This document shows positions 22,707-34,074 of a stretch of 38,046 nt of DNA, one piece after another. The notes beneath the pieces are model-generated. The model saw nothing but the letters and a program-made list of their open reading frames with translations, did not search any database and had not been told where the DNA came from. Numbering within the stretch: position 1 is the stretch's first letter; each line of letters starts with the position of its first letter. This DNA is from Octopus bimaculoides (Eukaryota), in contig NC_068984.1 in assembly GCF_001194135.2 (NCBI RefSeq), positions 60,462,839 through 60,500,884 on the forward strand, written 5' to 3'. The translations under genes and the position numbers were made by a program.

Positions 22707-24176
22707 TAATAAGTAAGAAGGCAGACAAACCACAAATCCCTTCAGGTAGATGGCCCTGCTTGATCTGTGGAAAAAGCATAAGTAGAAACTCTATAAGATG
22801 TACTCAGTTTAAGCTATAGACACATTAGAGGTGCAGCAATATCAAAGGAAGGCTAACTGGGAAGATAGATTTTGTATGTGGCTGATGCTCAGAAGCAATA
22901 AACACTGCCACATTCCAGGGAGAAAAACTACAAGTAGTTGACAGCTTCCACTAACTAGGTGACCAAATCAGTAGCCGGGGTGGACACTCTGAGAGCATAG
23001 CTGCTAGAATAAGAATAGCCAGGACAAAGTTCAGAGAGCTCCTACCTCTGCTAGTAACAAACGGCCTCTCACTCAAAGTAAAAGGTAGACTGTATGACGC
23101 ATGTGTATGAACAGCTATGCTAGGAATGAAGCCAGTATGCTCCACTGGATGTGTAATGTCAGTGTGCACACATGTCAGAGTGTAAGTGCCTTGAGAGAAA
23201 AGTTGGACCTAAGAAGAATCAGATGTGGTGTGCAAGAGAGATGACTGCATTGATATGGTCATGTGTTGCAAATGGATGAGGACAGCTGTGTGAAAAAGTG
23301 CCACACCCTAGCAGTTGAGGGAACCTGTGGAAAAGGCAGACCCAGGAAGNNNNNNNNNNAAATGGATGAGGACAGCTGTGTGAAAAAGTGCCACACCCTA
23401 GCAGTTGAGGGAACCTGTGGAAAAGGCAGACCCAGGAAGACCTGGGATGAGGTGGTGAAGCACGACCTTCGAACATTAGGCCTCACCGAGGCAATAACTA
23501 GTGACCGAGACCTTTGGAAATATGCTGTGCTTCAGAAGACCCAGTGAGCCAAGTGAGACCATAACCCATGACCTATGCCAGTGGTGTAACCAGCCCATTT
23601 ATGCCTGCCTACCTTTCTTTCATTGGACACTAAACTCTGCTTGCGAAGACCTGTTGAGGCAAGTGAAATCAAAATCAAATTCGCTGATGTGGCCGATGAC
23701 AGCACTGCCTGACTGGCATCCATGCTAGTGGAACATTAAGAGCACCATCTGAGCATGATCACTGCCAGGGCTGCTGACTGGCTCCCATGCTGGTGGCGCG
23801 TAAAAAGCACCATTTGAGCATGATCATTACCAACGTTGCCTTACTGGCACTTGTGCTGGTGGCACATGAAAAACAACATTTGAGCGAGGTCATTGCCAGT
23901 GCCGCTGGACAGGCTCCTGTGTAGGTGGCATGTGAAAAACAACATTCGAGTGTGGCTCTTGCCAGTACTGCCTGACTGGCCCTTGTGCTGGTGGCACGTA
24001 AAAGCACCCACTACACTCTCGGAGTGGTTGGCATTAGGAAAGGCATCCAGCTGTAGAAACTCTGCCAAATCAGATTGGAGCCTGGTGCAGCCATCTGCCT
24101 CACCAGTCCTCAGTCAGACCGTCCAACCCATACCAACACAGAAAGCAGATGTTAAATGATGATGATGATGATGATG
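22706..24176 (+). mobile_element. 5'-truncated RTE-clade LINE with decayed ORF (Cys-rich insert, C-terminal region, stop 23545-23547), 3' UTR minisatellite and (GAT)n tail
   Basis: WPCLICGKSISRNSIRCTQ, VVDSFH-LGDQI, ARIRIA..KFRELLPLL, KGRLYDACV, GRPRKTWDEVVKHDL; multiple stops and frameshifts. Confidence 0.92.
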
Positions 24177-24353
24177 AGGTTTGCAGGTTTTGGGTTTAGC
24201 ATCTGTGAATCCTAATGACTTAAAACGAGCTACAATTCATTGCACAATACTTCTAAACCTTCCTACAATAGAATTTGACTTGCCCTCTTGGCGAAGACAT
24301 ACAATCCTTTGGTTTTCATCACAGGGAACCGGTTGTCTCTCACATGCCGCCAT
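24177..24353 (-). pseudogene. Tc1-like transposase N-terminal (paired-like HTH) fragment with internal stop
   Basis: MAACERQPVPCDENQRIVCLRQEGKSNSIVGRFRSIVQ*IVARFKSLGFTDAKPKTCKP fits the Tc1 pattern R.IV.L...G.S...S.VQ.IV.RFK..G.....PR.GRP. Confidence 0.6.
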
Positions 24354-24681
24354 GTTGACAGTTGAATGTTCCAATAATGTAAGATCATAAGAAATAACTG
24401 TTAGCCCATTAACAATCTTCTAAACAACAAATACCTCGGTTAGTAGTTATTTTTTCCAAGTGACCCTTAACTTTTGGCTGCTGCAATTTGGAAGATTGTT
24501 TGTTTATTTCCTCATAACATACAAAATATTTACTCCATACATTTGAATTTTTCACAAAAAGATAGATATTAGAAATATCTAAGTATGTGTAAAATATCTA
24601 GTCTCAACGTGTTGTTAATCTTCTATAATAACTATTTCAATACACTTGTTCTTAGTGACACTTATATTATGGCCACTACTG
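24177..24681 (-). mobile_element. Tc1/mariner IR/DR-type transposon relic (left IR plus 5' end of transposase)
   Basis: The minus strand begins CAGTAGTGGCC at 24681. Two 20-bp direct repeats (24654-24673, 24459-24478) are 16/20 identical and ~200 bp apart. An HTH-like N-terminal ORF lies downstream. Confidence 0.65.
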
Positions 24682-25444
24682 CATATATAACTTTATTTTA
24701 ACTCATTACCTACCAGTGATGTCATATGAGATCACTTAAAAATTACAAATTTCGTAATTATCTGTCAATATTTACACATATCTAACCTTTTTGCTATATC
24801 TAATAGGTATATTCAAATGAGGTTTGCTAATTTTTCACCCAATATCTCGCTTATTTCTATTTAAAATGTTATTTTGATCATTCCAGCGTGTTTCTAAGGC
24901 TGTTTTATGCTAGAAATCAAAGTTTCATAAAAAAATTCTAGTTAATAGAATTATGGGAGGTAATGGGTTAACTAAATATGCTTGTTTGGCAAGGTGGTAA
25001 TGCAATGTTTCGTGGTCTTTCTACATCCTTCATGCAGATCATTGATCCTTTAAATTTTGAGATGGTCTTCAAAATTTTGTATTAGGTATTGTGAACATGT
25101 ATATATCTGTATGTACATATATATGTATGTTTGTATGTATGTATGTATGTTACAAACTTCTGTAATATATAATGTTAAAATATGTTTTTTTAATGTTTTT
25201 TTTTTTGTCTTGATAGTGAGAAGATGGTTGAATACTTTGCATACATGCATAATACATATACATACATAATTTTTTTTTTTTTTGGTTTCTTTGTACATGG
25301 AACCACATACATTTTCTTACTGGCTAATACATAGATGTCTCAAAAGTAAACAGACACCTTTTATATTATACACACCTTCTCTCTCATAGACACATATGCA
25401 CTCATAAATATGCACGCACATTCTGAAATATATGTATATATATT

Positions 25445-25716
25445 GAGACATTTGGCAATATGCTGTGCTTGAGAAAACCATCAAACCAAGTGAAATCATA
25501 GTCATGACAACTACTGGTGTAACACAACTGGCACCTGTGCCAATGACAAGTAAAAGCACCCATTACACACTTGGAGTGGTTCGTATTAGGAAGCGCATTC
25601 AGCCATAGAAACCATGCCAAATCAGACTGGAGTTTGGTGCAGCCCCTCAGCTTATCAGCACTGGTCAAACCATCCAATCCATGCCAGCATGGATAATGGA
25701 CGTTAAAAGATGATGA
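25445..25716 (+). mobile_element. RTE LINE 3' end fragment
   Basis: Starts in RDIWQYAVLEK (cf. RDLWKYAVLQK at 23507) and ends CCATGCCAGCATGG..CGTTAAAAGATGATGAT. Confidence 0.85.
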
Positions 25717-25729
25717 TATGTATATATAG

Positions 25730-25978
25730 ATGCAGGAGTGGCTGTGTGGGAACCACATGGCTCTGAGTTCAGTCCAACCACATGGCTCTGAATTCAGTCT
25801 CACTGCATGGCACCTTGGGTAAATGTCTTCTAGGTGCAGGAGTGGCTGTGTGGTAAGTAGCTTACTTACCAACCACATGGCACCTTGGGCAAGAGTCTTC
25901 TGCTATAGCCTTGGGCCGACCAAACTCCTGTGAGTGGATTTGGTAGATGGAAACTGAAAGAAGCCTGTCCTATATATA

Positions 25979-26011
<33 letters not shown>

Positions 26012-26168
26012 GTTTGTGTGTATGTATGTATATGGTTGTGTGTCCATGCTTCTTATCCCACCATAACTAGCGGTTCAGCAAAATAAGTACTAGGTTTGCA
26101 AAGAATGAGTCCCAGGGTCGATTTGCTCCAGCATGACCATAGTCAAATGACTGAAACCAATAAAAGAA
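25730..26168 (+). mobile_element. SINE family B (25833-26168) preceded by a partial head with internal duplication (25730-25832)
   Basis: TGCAGGAGTGGCTGTGTGG occurs twice; AACCACATGGCTCTGA(G/A)TTCAGTC is tandem; central GTGAGTGGATTTGGTAGATGGAAACTGAAAGAAGCC. Confidence 0.85.
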
Positions 26169-27067
26169 CATACACACACACACACACACGTGTGTGTGTG
26201 TGTGTAAATAATAGATACACATGAGTCTCCGTGTTCCACATCTGCATCAAAATATTTTTCACTGGAGATTCTTTCTTTGGCTCTGTGGACGTAGTTTTAT
26301 ATGTCTGTCTATAGAACACATACATAAATACATATATATGCATATATATACACACACACACACACATACACACACATATATATATATATACTGACACACA
26401 CACCCATTCTTATAATGTACACATATCTAGTTAATAATCCTTTTCCCCCTTTGGAATAACGCCACACATAAGCCCAATCCATCACCACCACCACCACCAC
26501 CACCACCACTACACAACCTATTACACCCCCACCTCGCACTCTCACCTACCACCCCCAGCCCCGCCACCAGTTCGTGTCTATAAATATTTATTGAGGATCA
26601 ATGAGAGAGGTTGGATGTTGCGGATGGCAAAGACTGCGGAGAAAATCCAGGATTTAATGCGAACACCACCGCCACCACCACCACCACCACTAAGAACACC
26701 GCATGTACTATGACTAGTACAGTCTCTACCACTACTAAGACAACTACAGCTACCACCACCACCACCACTACAACAAGCACCACATCTATCAGTCAAGTAC
26801 TGTGACCACCACCACCACCACCAGCGCTATTGCCAACACTGCAATTTCCACTAAGATATCCATCAGGAGCCAATGGGAGAGTTTGTTTACTTTGCAGAGA
26901 GATCTGCTAAAAATAACAGCCAAATATTTGCTGAAATCACAATTTTACTTTCTATGTTTGTGTGTGTTTACATAGAGTTGCATGCACACATATTATTGTA
27001 TGTACATCAGTATGCGTGTATAATATATATACATATATATATATATGTATGTATGTATATATATGTG

Positions 27068-27100
<33 letters not shown>

Positions 27101-27382
27101 ATATGTTTGTGTGTCTGCGTCAGTCGCCCCACCATCGCTTGACAACCGATGCTGGTGTGTTTACGTCCCCGTNNNNNNNNNNATATATTTATATACATGA
27201 GAATGTATGACTACTTACTTTTGATATAGTTCATTCACACACACCCAGACATATACTCACGCATTCTCACAGATTCTTTTCTTACTTCCAGATATTCCCC
27301 GTTTTCTCAGTTGCTTTTTTGATATCCGAGTATATTGATCATTGACATACTTTTGTTCTGTATGCAGTAGATATATCCATTT

Positions 27383-27516
<134 letters not shown>

Positions 27517-28006
27517 TTATTTATGTTTTTGTGCATACAATTTTGATATTACTCATTCCCACAATGGATGGCATTACTCCCTGGAGTGCTATGGCCTTAC
27601 ATAGGAGGTGCTTACTCACAAGGGTGGTGGTGGAGGTGCAGGTTTAGCAAGGATGTGCCAAAGGTGGTTGGACATCAAGCAAGATGTGAATCAATCAATA
27701 TTCACTTGTCAATATGCATTTGATGTGCTTGTAGCTGTTTGCCATATACACCTCATCTCTTGGAAAATTTTCAAAGTTGCTGCTTGCATATTAAGTATTA
27801 AATATTAAGTATCTTAAGCAGGCACAAGGCACAATGCTAACATTTGTATAGGAAAGATATAGTCAATTCAATTGATCTCAGTATATTTTATCAATCCCAA
27901 AGGGCTTTCAAGCTTAAACCTAGAGTCATAAAACTAAATACTATAAGATGTTTAGCCCAGTGTTGTACTATTTACACTAACTTCATCTGCTCTTTGATTA
28001 TTTGGA

Positions 28007-28061
<55 letters not shown>

Positions 28062-28081
28062 GTAACAATAAATAAATATAT

Positions 28082-28625
28082 CCTGATGCAATGCCAGGCA
28101 GTGGCTCCCATGGCTTCTGATCTTAACTGATTGGAAGTGTTAACATAAAAAATGGGCTACAGCAAATGTTCTGTTCAGTACCATAGATTTTCTTGTTTTA
28201 TTTGCTTATCAGTTGCTTGACCATCACTAGTTGAGCATGTCACTTAGTGATTGACAATATGTGCATCTCTGATCATGAGAAGGAGTAGTCGGGGAGCATC
28301 ATGGCCATGTAGTGAGAGGGGCTCTTTGGGGTTTGAATAATCTGCCCCTGGAAACATGGGTGTTTTGTTCATCATCCTTAAACAACCGTTATTCAGGGAC
28401 CTTTTGAGTGGGATGGGCTACTCAACCTGAAGAAAATCCTAACTGGGCTCCATCTGCAAGGTCATGTGCTGTTTATTTTCATATGGGGTCACCATATTAT
28501 GCACATACAGTTGTGATGCATGTGCCTGGTGTACTTTTATCAGATGGGTAGTCACGATGGATATATTGGGCTTCATATATTTGTACTCCATTGTCACTTT
28601 GATTGCTTGTACTGCTCTCACATTC
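28082..28625 (+). mobile_element. ~550-bp TAA-flanked element, copy b
   Basis: Starts CCTGATGCAATGCCAGGCAGTGG, ends CTCTCACATTC + (AAT)n; homologous to 18369-18922. Confidence 0.85.
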
Positions 28626-28640
28626 AATAATAATAATATT

Positions 28641-29099
28641 GATTTCAAATTTTGACACATGGTGAGTCATTTTCAGGGAGTGAAGTCAGTTGATTGCATC
28701 ACTTTCCTCACCATTGCTCAAATGGTACTTATTTTATCGATATTGGAAGTATGAAAAACAATGTAACCTCAGCAGAATTTGAACCTAGAATATAAAGAGC
28801 TGGAAGAAATTCCAGTAAGCATCTTGTCCAATGCACAAACCGTTCCACCAGAATGCCACCTTAATAATAATGATTATGATGATAATACTTTCTACAATAA
28901 GCATAAAACCTGAAATTTTGTGCAAGGGGTTGTTTGATTTGATCGACTCCGGTGCTCAACTGTTACTTATTTTATCTGGCTCAAAAGGATGAAAGGCAAT
29001 GTTGATCTTAGTGGGATTTGAACTCAAAATGTAAAATCTGAAGAAATGCTGCTAAGCATTTTGTCTAACATGGTAACAATTTAGCCAGCTCACCTCCTT
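28641..29099 (-). mobile_element. Two tandem SINE family A copies (28641-28862, 28887-29099)
   Basis: Family A core and boxes are present in both. Confidence 0.85.
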
Positions 29100-29143
29100 A
29101 AAATAATGATGATGATGGTGACGGCGCCGATGCCGACGACGAA

Positions 29144-29256
29144 AAGGGATGTCAGTAGCATCTAGGCAACATCTCAGGGGAACAATATCTCAAAGAAATC
29201 CAAAAGATTGTGCTACTAGTACTGCCCTCATCCTTAGAAAAACCTTATCAATTTAA
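29144..29256 (+). pseudogene. Decayed C-terminus of an R4/Dong-like restriction-like endonuclease ORF
   Basis: KGCQ*HLGNISGEQYLKEIQKIVLL-(1-nt deletion)-TALILRKTLSI* aligns to MQKIALLGTAHILCKTLSIQ* at 31774-31836. Confidence 0.7.
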
Positions 29257-29276
29257 ATGTTTGTGTTGTTTTATAT

Positions 29277-29345
29277 CAAAGGTTCTCAAACTTTTGGGGT
29301 CACTGCCCCCCGACATGGCCACATAATACCCTCAGCGCCCACACC
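29277..29345. mobile_element. Possible hAT/Charlie-type terminus
   Basis: CAAAGGTTCTCAAACTTTTGGGG resembles the CAGNGGTTCTCAAACT hAT end; I found no partner end. Confidence 0.4.
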
Positions 29346-29772
29346 CTTATTTTTATGCATAAATAGATATTGTATATTTTACTAATTTATATATTCTATG
29401 AATCATTTGATATTTAATATATTATATAATTTGTATACAATACTATAATAATATCATAATAAATTCATAGCATCCTCCAATCCACTACCTTCCTCCCAAC
29501 GCCTCCTTTTTCTCACCCCCACCCTCACCGCTCCCTTGACTACTGCAAATATTATGTTCCAAAACCTGCCACAGAAATAATTAAAATATAAAAAATATAA
29601 AACCCTATCAGCCGCAAAAACCAGGATATACTGAGGAGTCGGCGATATGAATTTACATATATTAACCAGAAAAATCCATGATGTACTGAGTGCACAACAG
29701 GTGAACCACAATGTACTGAGTGTGCAATAAGTGAACTGTGATATGGCGAGGGATTACTGTATTAATAATAAT

Positions 29773-29806
<34 letters not shown>

Positions 29807-29961
29807 CGTTTTGGGATTTGGTTTTGAAGATTATTTTTGTGAGTTCGTGTGCTGAAGCATATTCTGTTGTGTCTGGGGAAAGTCATTTTCTTTTTGTGTC
29901 TTATAATATAACACACTCACCGGTAAAATTTCCACTTATTTCTTATTTTTATTTTCATGGT

Positions 29962-30116
29962 AGGTGAGGCTAATTGATTATATCAACCCCAGTGCACGGC
30001 TGGTACTTATTTTATCGATCCTGAAAGGATGAAAGCGAAGTTGACCTCAGTGGCATTCAAACTCAGAGCATAAATCCAGAAAGAATACTGCTAAACATTT
30101 TGTTTGGCCTGCTGTC

Positions 30117-30148
<32 letters not shown>

Positions 30149-30384
30149 CCTTTCTACAGCAGGCACAAGGCCTGAAATCTAGGTGGAAGGGACTAGTTGA
30201 TTACATCAGCCCCAGTGTTTCACTGGTACTTAATTTATCAATTCCCGAAAGGATGAAAAGCAAAGTCAACCTCAGCGGAATTTGAACTCAGAACATGTTT
30301 ATGATAGACGAAATGCAGCTAATCATTTTGCCTGGCGTGCTAACAATTCTGCCAGCTCACTGCCTTAACAACAACAACAACAAC

Positions 30385-30438
<54 letters not shown>

Positions 30439-30878
30439 CCTTTCTATTGGAAGCTCAAGGCTTCAAATTTGGAGGAATGGATTAAGTCAGTTATATCAAC
30501 CCCAGTATATAACTGGTACTAAGTTGATCCCCGAAGAATGAAAGGCAATGTCGACCTCAACAGAATTTAATCTCAGAATGTAGTGGCAGACAAAATACCA
30601 CTAAGCCTTTTGCCTGGCGTGCTAATAAATCTGCCAGCTCACCGACTTCAATAATAATAAAAATAATGATTTCACATTTTGACTCAAGGCCAGCAATTTC
30701 AGAGGAGGATGTAAGTCAATTAAATTGGCCTCAGTGTTCAACCAATACTTAATTTATCAACCATAAAGTATGAAATGCAAAGTCAACCTTGGCAGTATTT
30801 GAACTCAGAACACAGAGATGGATGAAATGCCACTTTGTATTTTCCATGGCATGCTAACGGTTCTGCCAACTTGCTACT
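29962..30878 (-). mobile_element. Four head-to-tail SINE family A copies (29962-30118, 30147-30366, 30437-30648, 30668-30878) with (TAA)n spacers
   Basis: The family A core repeats four times in the same orientation. Confidence 0.9.
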
Positions 30879-30880
30879 GA

Positions 30881-31276
30881 CAACAAATATTCAGCTCAAT
30901 GCCATAAATTTGCTTGTCAGTTGTTTGACCTTAACCAGTTGAGCATGTCCCTTAGTAGCTGATGATATGTACATCTCTGATCACGGGCAGAAGTAGTGGG
31001 GAGGCATCATAGCCATGTGTTGAGAGGAATTCTTTGGGGTTTGAATAATTCACCTCAGGGACCTTTTGAGTGGGATGAGCTACTCAACCTGATGAAAATT
31101 CTAACTGGGCCCCACCTGTGAGGTCATGTGCTGTTTATCTTGATATGAGATCACCATGTCATGCACATGTGGCTGTGATGCATGTGCCTGGTGTCCCCTT
31201 ACTAGACGGGTAGTCATGATAGGTATACTGGGCTTCGTATATTTTTGCCCCAGTGTCACTTTGATGGCATGCACTC
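30881..31276 (+). mobile_element. ~550-bp TAA-flanked element, copy c (5'-truncated, internal deletion)
   Basis: Homologous to roughly 28160-28625; ends GATGGCATGCACTC + (AAT)n. Confidence 0.85.
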
Positions 31277-31292
31277 AATAATAATAATAATA

Positions 31293-31492
31293 ATGCTTTC
31301 TACTAAAAGTACAAGGCCTGAAGTACTGGGAGAGGGGACTCTCAGTGTTTCACTGGTACTTATTTTGTTGACCCTGAAAGGATGAAAGGCAAAGTCGACT
31401 TCAGCGGAATTTGAACTGAGAACGTAAAGACAGACAAAATGCCGCTAAGCAGTTTTCCAGGTGTGCTAATGATTTTGCTAGCTCACACCCTT
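31293..31492 (-). mobile_element. SINE family A
   Basis: Family A core; (TAA)n on both sides. Confidence 0.9.
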
Positions 31493-31518
31493 AAATAATA
31501 ATAATAATAATAATAATA

Positions 31519-31933
31519 AGACCAGATATAGTTGTCAAAGATCATGAAGGAAAAAAATGCTTTCTAATTGATGTATCAATACCAGCAGATGACAACGTTT
31601 CCCTAAAAGAAATGAAGAAACTTTCAAAATACAAAGACCTAGAAATAGAGGTAACTCGAATGTGGAATCTAAAAGCAGAAACAATTATTATCATAGTAGG
31701 CGCCTTAGGTATAATAAAAAAATATTTAGACAAATACATAACAAAAACACCAGGACTTACAAATATATAAAACATGCAGAAAATTGCACTACTGGGCACT
31801 GCACACATCCTATGCAAAACACTTTCAATTCAGTAACCATAAGAGCATCACAGCAAACCACAGCACATACCCAAGGCACACAGAGCTGCGCTCGGTAGTG
31901 AAGTGAAAGCACGTTATAAAAATAAAACTACTG
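31519..31933 (+). mobile_element. 5'-truncated R4/Dong-like non-LTR retrotransposon: PD-(D/E)xK endonuclease C-terminus (31519-31836, one internal stop at 31768) plus 3' UTR, embedded in (TAA)n
   Basis: RPDIVVKDHEGKKCFLIDVSIPADDNVSLKEMKKLSKYKDLEIEVTRMW..IVGALG..QKIALLGTAHIL is the RLE motif of early-branching non-LTR elements. (TAA)n abuts both ends. The clade assignment is from recall. Confidence 0.85.
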
Positions 31934-32164
31934 AATAATAATAATAATAATAATAATCTCTGGAATTTCTTCATGGAAAAGGAAGATGATCATACATGAT
32001 CATTGAGTGTGAAAATAACTAACAGTGTGAAATCTTCAACCTTGTAGTCTTTTATGATTGCTGAATAGATATGAAGGAAAATGAGAAAATGCGGAACTAT
32101 CAGGTCTTAGCTACAAAGATGAAGAACTTGTAGAACAAAGGATGAAATCGGTGCACTCTGCACC

Positions 32165-32325
32165 AGTTCCATGAAAACATGTCCAGTCATAGGGAAATAT
32201 TACCTTGCTTGAAAACAAGTGAACGTTGGTGACAGAGAGATCATCTAGCTATAGAAAATCTGCCTCAATAAATTCTATGTAACTCATGTCAGCATGGAAA
32301 ACTGGACATTAAATGATGATGGGTA
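32165..32325 (+). mobile_element. 3' body of the RTE-tailed SINE
   Basis: GGAAATATTACCTTGCTTG.AAACAAG..CAGCATGGAAAACTGGACATTAAATGATGATG. Confidence 0.7.
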
Positions 32326-32542
32326 TGATGGTGATTATGACGAATGCGTGTGTGTGTGTGTGTGTGTGTGTGTACATGCATGTGTGTGTGTGTATGTGTG
32401 TGTGTGAATGTGTGTATGTTTTTTTTCTGTTTCTGATATTTATTTTTTCTGTCTATCTATTTACTCCTCCCCCTCTCTCTTTGTCTCTGTCTTGCTCAAA
32501 TTCTTTCACACTTCTGTTTCACTTTCTCTTTCTGTCTGTCTG

Positions 32543-32593
<51 letters not shown>

Positions 32594-32795
32594 GACCTAC
32601 ATACACGCTCTTTTTCAAAGTTAGTGCCATCCATTTCTTTATTCCTTTACTGCTTGTGTTAGTGTTTACGTTTTCCCATCTCTTACTCTCCATTCAACCT
32701 TGCTATATAGTTTATCCTCGTTTTTATTCTTCCTCTTTCCTTCACCCTCTTACAAAACATTTATAGACAAACATACATGCCAAAATGTGCAATAG

Positions 32796-32826
<31 letters not shown>

Positions 32827-33061
32827 AACATACATGAATTACTCACACCCATATACAAACAAATTTTATATGGCTATTAAAAAAAAAATAGTAATTTTTA
32901 ATTATTCCAATTATCATTTCTATGGTTATACTGTTCTTCAAACTGAAGTAAATAATTAAATAAAAAAAAAATATTAAACAAAATAACAATAATAATGACA
33001 ATAACATCACAATAATTTCTTTTTCAATAATAATCATGAGTTTCATAATAATAATAACAAC

Positions 33062-33105
<44 letters not shown>

Positions 33106-33407
33106 TAATAATAACAACAATAATAATAATAATAACAGTAATCAAAATAATTTTAAGGTATTTTGTGAAAGAAAAATATAAAATGGTAAACAAATTTTCT
33201 TGATTTGATTCTATTGTTGTGAATGTTTCAAATACTAGTGTTTTCTTGTTGTTTTTGTCCTGTATTTTTTGATTTATTTGTTATATATATTTTTCAATCA
33301 ATAAAAGTATTTATCTTTGACTCTTTTTGAAAAACTGAAGAATAATCCTTTGTATCATGTTCTTCTATTTTCATAGTTGTAAATTTTTTTTTTTGGTTTG
33401 TTTTCAG

Positions 33408-33431
33408 CATTATATATATAAAAAGCTGAAA
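33408..33431 (+). other. Candidate 24-nt symmetric exon (HYIYKKLK)
   Basis: Acceptor ttttttggtttgttttcag, modest donor AAA|gtaata. It is open only in phase 0 but is low-complexity. Confidence 0.2.
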
Positions 33432-33623
33432 GTAATAAAATCAGTGAATTATTTTCATTGTTGTCACCTTATATAACCTGTGTGCCTATATCTTATGTCT
33501 CATTCTCATTTTCTCTCTCTCACTCTGTCTTAATGTTTGTGTGTGTGTGTGTGTGTGTCTTTGTGTGTGTATTTTCATAACTCTTTTTTTTGTCTCTTTT
33601 ACATCCTCTTCTGTTTCCATAAG

Positions 33624-33638
33624 GAGAAGTAGTTGATG
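33624..33638 (+). other. Candidate 15-nt microexon GAGAAGTAGTTGATG (phase 1-1, xEVVDx)
   Basis: A 177-nt AG-free, pyrimidine-rich zone (33445-33621) precedes it; acceptor ccataag, donor ATG|gtatga. Confidence 0.45.
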
Positions 33639-33755
33639 GTATGAGTGGTTTGCACTCAACATTGCCTGACTTGATTTTTCCATTAGTTTGTACCCATAGC
33701 AAGTTTGGATAAGTCTAATGGTACATCTGGCTAGATCATCATTAAGTTATTATAT

Positions 33756-33966
33756 TGGTTTCAAATTTTGGCACAAGGCCAACAGTTTCAGCTAGCTAAA
33801 TCAATTATGTCGACCACAATACTCAACTGGTACTTATTTTATTGACCTTGAAACAATGAAAAGCAAAATTGACTCCAACAGCATTTAAACTCAGAGTGTG
33901 AAGATGGACAAAATAGCGCCAAGCATTTTGCTTCGCATGCTAATGATTCTGCCACCTTGCCGCTTT
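33756..33966 (-). mobile_element. SINE family A
   Basis: Family A core and boxes. Confidence 0.88.
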
Positions 33967-34074
33967 AAGCCATTAACTTATTATATTAACATTATTCCAC
34001 ACCAAATAGATACACAAGTGACCCTCTTTTCCTCTCTCTTTACCTACTTATCTACTAATGTGTATCATTAATTT

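Noticed and set aside
23270-23439. Identical 80-bp repeat (23270-23349 = 23360-23439) inside the RTE
   Set aside because: It flanks a 10-N gap exactly, which indicates an unmerged contig overlap rather than biology.
26571-26830. Thr-rich ORF (26611-26805) with upstream TATAAATA, and a strong minus-strand acceptor (ttttctccgcag)
   Set aside because: The ORF is largely decayed (ACC/ACT)n repeat. The minus-strand unit hits stops within 56 nt in all frames and has no donor.
29962-30878. CRISPR-like look of repeat-spacer-repeat arrays
   Set aside because: Units are ~200-bp diverged SINEs with microsatellite spacers in a eukaryote, and there are no cas genes.
30955-31100. CTGATGA motifs suggesting a hammerhead ribozyme in the 550-bp element (also 2584, 6320, 14122)
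   Set aside because: I could not build stem II + GAAA + stems I/III around any of them.
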